Assembly: GCA_050948885.1 (NCBI GenBank)
Contig: JBMNER010000006.1
Span: forward strand, 1,334-65,333
Source: Bacilli bacterium
GTDB lineage: Bacteria > Bacillota_I > Bacilli_A > RF39 > UBA660
DNA: 64,000 nt
Reading direction: 5' to 3'
Part shown: piece by piece, positions 60,761-64,000 of the stretch
Layout: the number at the start of each line of letters is the position of its first letter
How positions within the stretch are numbered: position 1 is the stretch's first letter
Translations under genes and position numbers: made by a program
Notes under the pieces: model-generated
Database searches by the model: none
Told to the model about the DNA's origin: nothing
What the model saw: only the letters and a program-made list of their open reading frames with translations

Positions 60761-61291
60761 ATGATTGGAAATAAGATGTTACCTAAAAAGTATTCAGACA
60801 TCGATAAAGATTTATATTTAGCTAAAAAGCAGCTATTAAATACTAAAATAATGCTTGGGGTATTTTCTATACCCGTTTTAGCCGAAGTTGGTTCTTTAGT
60901 TTTAACTAAAAAAAGCTTTTTTGGATCATTTCCAAAGGGTTTATGGCTCTCTAGCGGCTTTTTAGTAACTGGTAGTTTATTAGTTGTTGATAATTTTATT
61001 CGTTACTATAACCAAATAAAATATATTGAAATGGTTAAAGCGCATTTAGATAGTGATTTACTACCTGAAATGATGTTGCATAGACAGCTTAAAGGACTTT
61101 CAGATGCTGAGAGATGTAAAGTCAATTGGCAACCTACAATGAAAGGTTTACCTTATATTGATAATTGGAATGAACTACCGTTAAGCACTATAATTAAGAT
61201 TACTAAAAATGTAAAAGGAATATATAATCAACTCTTCCAAGGCCCAGACAAAATGGTTTGTAAGCCTCATCCAGTAGTGAAAAAAATTTAA
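60761..61291 (+). CDS. hypothetical TM-hairpin protein, paralogue 1 (176 aa)
   Basis: AAGGAG lies 7 nt before the ATG. Two TM helices, then a soluble domain. It shares IRYYNQIKYI.MVKA.LDSDL, LTK.SF.GS.P and QLKG blocks with the next gene. Confidence 0.7.
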   Translation: MIGNKMLPKKYSDIDKDLYLAKKQLLNTKIMLGVFSIPVLAEVGSLVLTKKSFFGSFPKGLWLSSGFLVTGSLLVVDNFIRYYNQIKYIEMVKAHLDSDLLPEMMLHRQLKGLSDAERCKVNWQPTMKGLPYIDNWNELPLSTIIKITKNVKGIYNQLFQGPDKMVCKPHPVVKKI

Positions 61292-61342
61292 ATATTATAA
61301 AAATTAAACTATTGTTTAATAATTCTAAAAGGGAGTAATAAG

Positions 61343-61879
61343 ATGCCAGTAAATAAACCGCCATTTAAAACCCGTGACAGTATCAATGAAGATTTAAAAG
61401 TAGCTCAAAAAAACCTAAAAGAAATATTTAACGGTTATTGGTTTTTTTCTCTTCCCGCTCTAGTTGAAGCTGGTTCCATAATTTTAACTAAGAACAGTTT
61501 TATTGGTTCTATTCCACAGGACTTATTAATTACCAGTTCGGTAATGGTAGTTGGTAATATAATAGTTAGTGTCGATGTTATACGTTATTATAATCAAATA
61601 AAATATATTAAAATGGTCAAAGCTTTACTAGATAGTGATTTACCGGCTGAGATAACGATATATGAACAACTAAAAGGGGTTTTAGAAGAGACCAAACCAC
61701 AAATTGACTGGGTATTAACAATGCGACATGGTTTGTCTTATATTAATAATTATCATGTGTTACCATTGTTAGATGCTATTACCATTAGAAAAAACGTTCA
61801 AAGGTTATATAAACAGACTGGCATAAATAAAATGGATAACCCAACTAATACTTCGGTTAAAAAAGTTAAATTTTACTAA
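61343..61879 (+). CDS. hypothetical TM-hairpin protein, paralogue 2 (178 aa)
   Basis: GGGAG lies 7 nt before the ATG. Colinear with paralogue 1 over its whole length. Confidence 0.7.
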   Translation: MPVNKPPFKTRDSINEDLKVAQKNLKEIFNGYWFFSLPALVEAGSIILTKNSFIGSIPQDLLITSSVMVVGNIIVSVDVIRYYNQIKYIKMVKALLDSDLPAEITIYEQLKGVLEETKPQIDWVLTMRHGLSYINNYHVLPLLDAITIRKNVQRLYKQTGINKMDNPTNTSVKKVKFY

Positions 61880-61901
61880 GAGGGATTCATCCCTCTTTTT
61901 T
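61879..61901. terminator. bidirectional terminator between paralogue 2 (+) and the yrzE-like gene (-)
   Basis: AGAGGGA-TTCA-TCCCTCT followed by TTTTT. The minus-strand stop codon lies in the loop. Confidence 0.75.
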
Positions 61902-62261
61902 ACTTATGCCAAACATCCCGCCTAAAGTAGTCGTACTAATGATAATAAGATAATAAATGAAGCTTTTAAGATTAATATTAGTTTTTAAACCAAGATAAGA
62001 GAAAAGAAAGATGAGAAAAGTTAATATTAATCCTAATTTTAATCCTTCTAACCAGCCTTTCTTTTGGGCCTTTTTGCCTATTTTAATCCCACCAATAAAG
62101 ACAATAATAATAACTAATAAGAACTTTAAATAAGAAACTATGTTATTGGTTAGTATATCATAATAATTAAACAGGGTTAAGAGAAAGGTAGTAATAAGTA
62201 CCGTAACAATAATATAGCTGATGGTTTTTAGATATTGATATAAACGGGTCATAATAATCAT
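61887..62261 (-). CDS. small polytopic membrane protein, YrzE/TIGR04086-like
   Basis: 124 aa, 4 TM helices, with GG.K.GKK...KGW.EG..LG and GG.FG motifs. B. subtilis yrzE lies in the same tgt-downstream neighbourhood. Confidence 0.6.
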   Translation of the reverse strand: MIIMTRLYQYLKTISYIIVTVLITTFLLTLFNYYDILTNNIVSYLKFLLVIIIVFIGGIKIGKKAQKKGWLEGLKLGLILTFLIFLFSYLGLKTNINLKSFIYYLIIISTTTLGGMFGISKKEG

Positions 62262-62332
62262 TCCTTTTATTTAAATATACGTTTTGAATAAAAAAATATT
62301 CCCCACCCCATAATATATTAGGGTGATAAGAT

Positions 62333-62980
62333 ATGGATTATTTAGTAGTTATTACCAGAACGATTTTATTTTATTTTTTAATTGCGATTTTATACCGTTT
62401 AATGGGGAAACGTGAGGTAGGCCAATTAGGGATCATTGATTTAATTGTTTCTATTTCTATTGCTCAATTAGCCGTTATTAGTATTGAAAATTATAAAGCG
62501 CCCATTTTTACGGCTTTAATTCCGGTTGTTTTTTTGTTTTTATTTCAGGTAGTGTTTGCCTATATTTCTTTAAAGAACCAAGCTTTTAGAAATTTATTAG
62601 GAGGCAAACCCTCTATTATTATTAAAAATGGTAAATTAAATTTTAAAGAGATGGTTAAAGAGCGATATAACTTAGATGATTTATTAACGCAACTTCGCGA
62701 TAAGGGTATTAGATCAATTGAAGAAGTAGAGTATGCGGTTTTGGAGGAGAATGGGCGCTTATCTGTTTTTAAATATAATTTACTACGTCTGCCAACTAAT
62801 TATCCGATGCCAATTATTTTAGATGGTGATATTCAAAAAGACACTTTAAAAGCATTAAATAAAACGGAAACGTGGTTAAAAAATATGCTGCGTGAGGAAA
62901 ACGTAGATTTAAAGGAGGTTTTTTATGCCTTCTATAAAGGGCGAAAATTATATATAATAAAAAAGAGTGGATTATTATAG
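62333..62980 (+). CDS. DUF421 (YetF/YrbG-like) membrane protein
   Basis: N-terminal TM helices with RLMGKREVGQL..IDLIV, and a C-terminal YetF domain (L...LR.KGI.S.EEVEYAVLE.NG.LSV). Confidence 0.85.
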   Translation: MDYLVVITRTILFYFLIAILYRLMGKREVGQLGIIDLIVSISIAQLAVISIENYKAPIFTALIPVVFLFLFQVVFAYISLKNQAFRNLLGGKPSIIIKNGKLNFKEMVKERYNLDDLLTQLRDKGIRSIEEVEYAVLEENGRLSVFKYNLLRLPTNYPMPIILDGDIQKDTLKALNKTETWLKNMLREENVDLKEVFYAFYKGRKLYIIKKSGLL

Positions 62981-63019
62981 GCTAATTATATATAATTAAA
63001 GTAGTAGGGAGGTTATATA

Positions 63020-64000
63020 ATGAGAAAAATAAAAGCCGTGGTGGTTGGTTGCCTATTGTTATTAACCTCAGCGTGTATTATGGGCCCCAAAATGGGCATT
63101 ATTTCATCAACCCCAGGTTATTTAAAAAAAGTAAACAAGGTTACTAAGGTTGACCCTAAAATTAGTCAAGCTTTAAACTTATTTGCGCTTGATTTATTTA
63201 ATGAAGTTAATAGTCAAAACGGGAATGTTTTTATTTCGCCCGTTAGTATTTATATTGCCTTAGGAATGATATATAATGGGGCTGATAGTAGTACTAAAGA
63301 CGAAATGAGTCAAGTATTAAATGTAACTGATTTAACTTTAGATGAATTTAACAAGTTAAGTCGTAATTTACAATCTTTAGTGTTAAATAATGATAAAAGT
63401 GATATTGAATTAGCTAATTCAATATGGATTAGAGATACTTACCAGGATATGGTTAAGAAAGATTTTATTAATCGTAATAAAGACTACTTTGGAGCGATGA
63501 TGGCCTCTTTAGATTTTGATAATCCAAATACTAAGAAAGTAATTAATAATTGGGTTAATAAAAACACCAAAGGACGCGTTAAGGACGCTGTTGAAGAAGA
63601 TATTCATCCTTTAACTGTAATGTTTTTAATTAATACCATTTATTTTAAAGCCGAATGGACCAGCCCCTTTGCGAAAGCTAATACCCAGGATGGTAATTTT
63701 TATACCACTGATAAAGTGGTCGTAGTACCAATGATGAACAAGATTGATCAGTTAGGATACTTTGAAGATCAATATTATCAAGGGGTTCTATTACCATATA
63801 ATGATAAACAAACTTCAATGTTTATTTTATTACCAGATGTAGAACATACTAATTTTACTTTAACTAATGATTATTTAACTAATGTTATTAGTACTATGCA
63901 GAAAAATAAGGTTAGCCTTGATTTAACCATGCCTAAGGTAAAGGTAGAATATACAAAGAGTTTAAAAGAACCATTAAGTAATTTAGGTATGAGTCATGCC
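63020..64000 (+). CDS. serpin family protease inhibitor, probable lipoprotein (3' end outside window)
   Basis: GGGAGG lies 7 nt before the ATG. Signal peptide with lipobox-like LLLTSAC. Serpin N-terminal core FALDLFNEV...NVFISPVSIYIALGMIYNGADSSTKDEM and ...LINTIYFKAEW..PF. Absent from the ORF track because there is no stop codon within the window. Confidence 0.85.
   Translation, partial: MRKIKAVVVGCLLLLTSACIMGPKMGIISSTPGYLKKVNKVTKVDPKISQALNLFALDLFNEVNSQNGNVFISPVSIYIALGMIYNGADSSTKDEMSQVLNVTDLTLDEFNKLSRNLQSLVLNNDKSDIELANSIWIRDTYQDMVKKDFINRNKDYFGAMMASLDFDNPNTKKVINNWVNKNTKGRVKDAVEEDIHPLTVMFLINTIYFKAEWTSPFAKANTQDGNFYTTDKVVVVPMMNKIDQLGYFEDQYYQGVLLPYNDKQTSMFILLPDVEHTNFTLTNDYLTNVISTMQKNKVSLDLTMPKVKVEYTKSLKEPLSNLGMSHA

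Overview
AT-rich (about 30% GC by eye) chromosome segment that uses the standard genetic code: TGA is a stop and Trp is always TGG. It looks like an endospore-forming low-GC Firmicute. I count about 66 protein genes, all but five on the + strand, and nearly all are core housekeeping genes. They sit in blocks colinear with Bacillus subtilis operons: murE (3' end); yqfC-yqfD-(VanZ)-ybeY-dgkA-cdd-era-yqzL-recO; glyQS; sepF-divIVA-ileS; hrcA-grpE-dnaK-dnaJ-rsmE-mtaB; AI-2E permease; alaS-ireB-ruvX-DUF1292-mltG-yrrM; greA; tig; yceD-rpmF; infC-rpmI-rplT; lon; spoVID-ysxE; a deacetylase; valS-proS; SPOR protein-radC-mreC-mreD-spoIVFA-spoIVFB-rplU-prp-rpmA-obg; yebC-ruvA-ruvB-queA-tgt; yrzE-like; DUF421; and the start of a serpin. 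Cis-regulatory elements I can support are four T-box leaders (Gly, Ile, Ala, Val), L20- and L21-type leaders, two CIRCE operators around a consensus promoter, several consensus sigma-A promoters and about a dozen intrinsic terminators. Accessory content: one IS481-like insertion sequence flanked by a perfect 23-bp direct repeat, a divergent TetR/MMPL pair, a reduced Tad/Com-like module (pilin-like protein + ParA-like ATPase + CpaF-like ATPase with altered catalytic boxes), a tandem pair of uncharacterised membrane-protein paralogues, a PPYG-repeat micro-membrane protein and a lipoprotein serpin. I saw no rRNA, tRNA or CRISPR array. I found no clear-cut novel multi-gene system. The best candidates for follow-up are the reduced Tad-like module, the tandem paralogue pair, the L20-Rho_N fusion, the SpoIVFB gene without a canonical start codon, and the IS with its unusually long flanking repeat.
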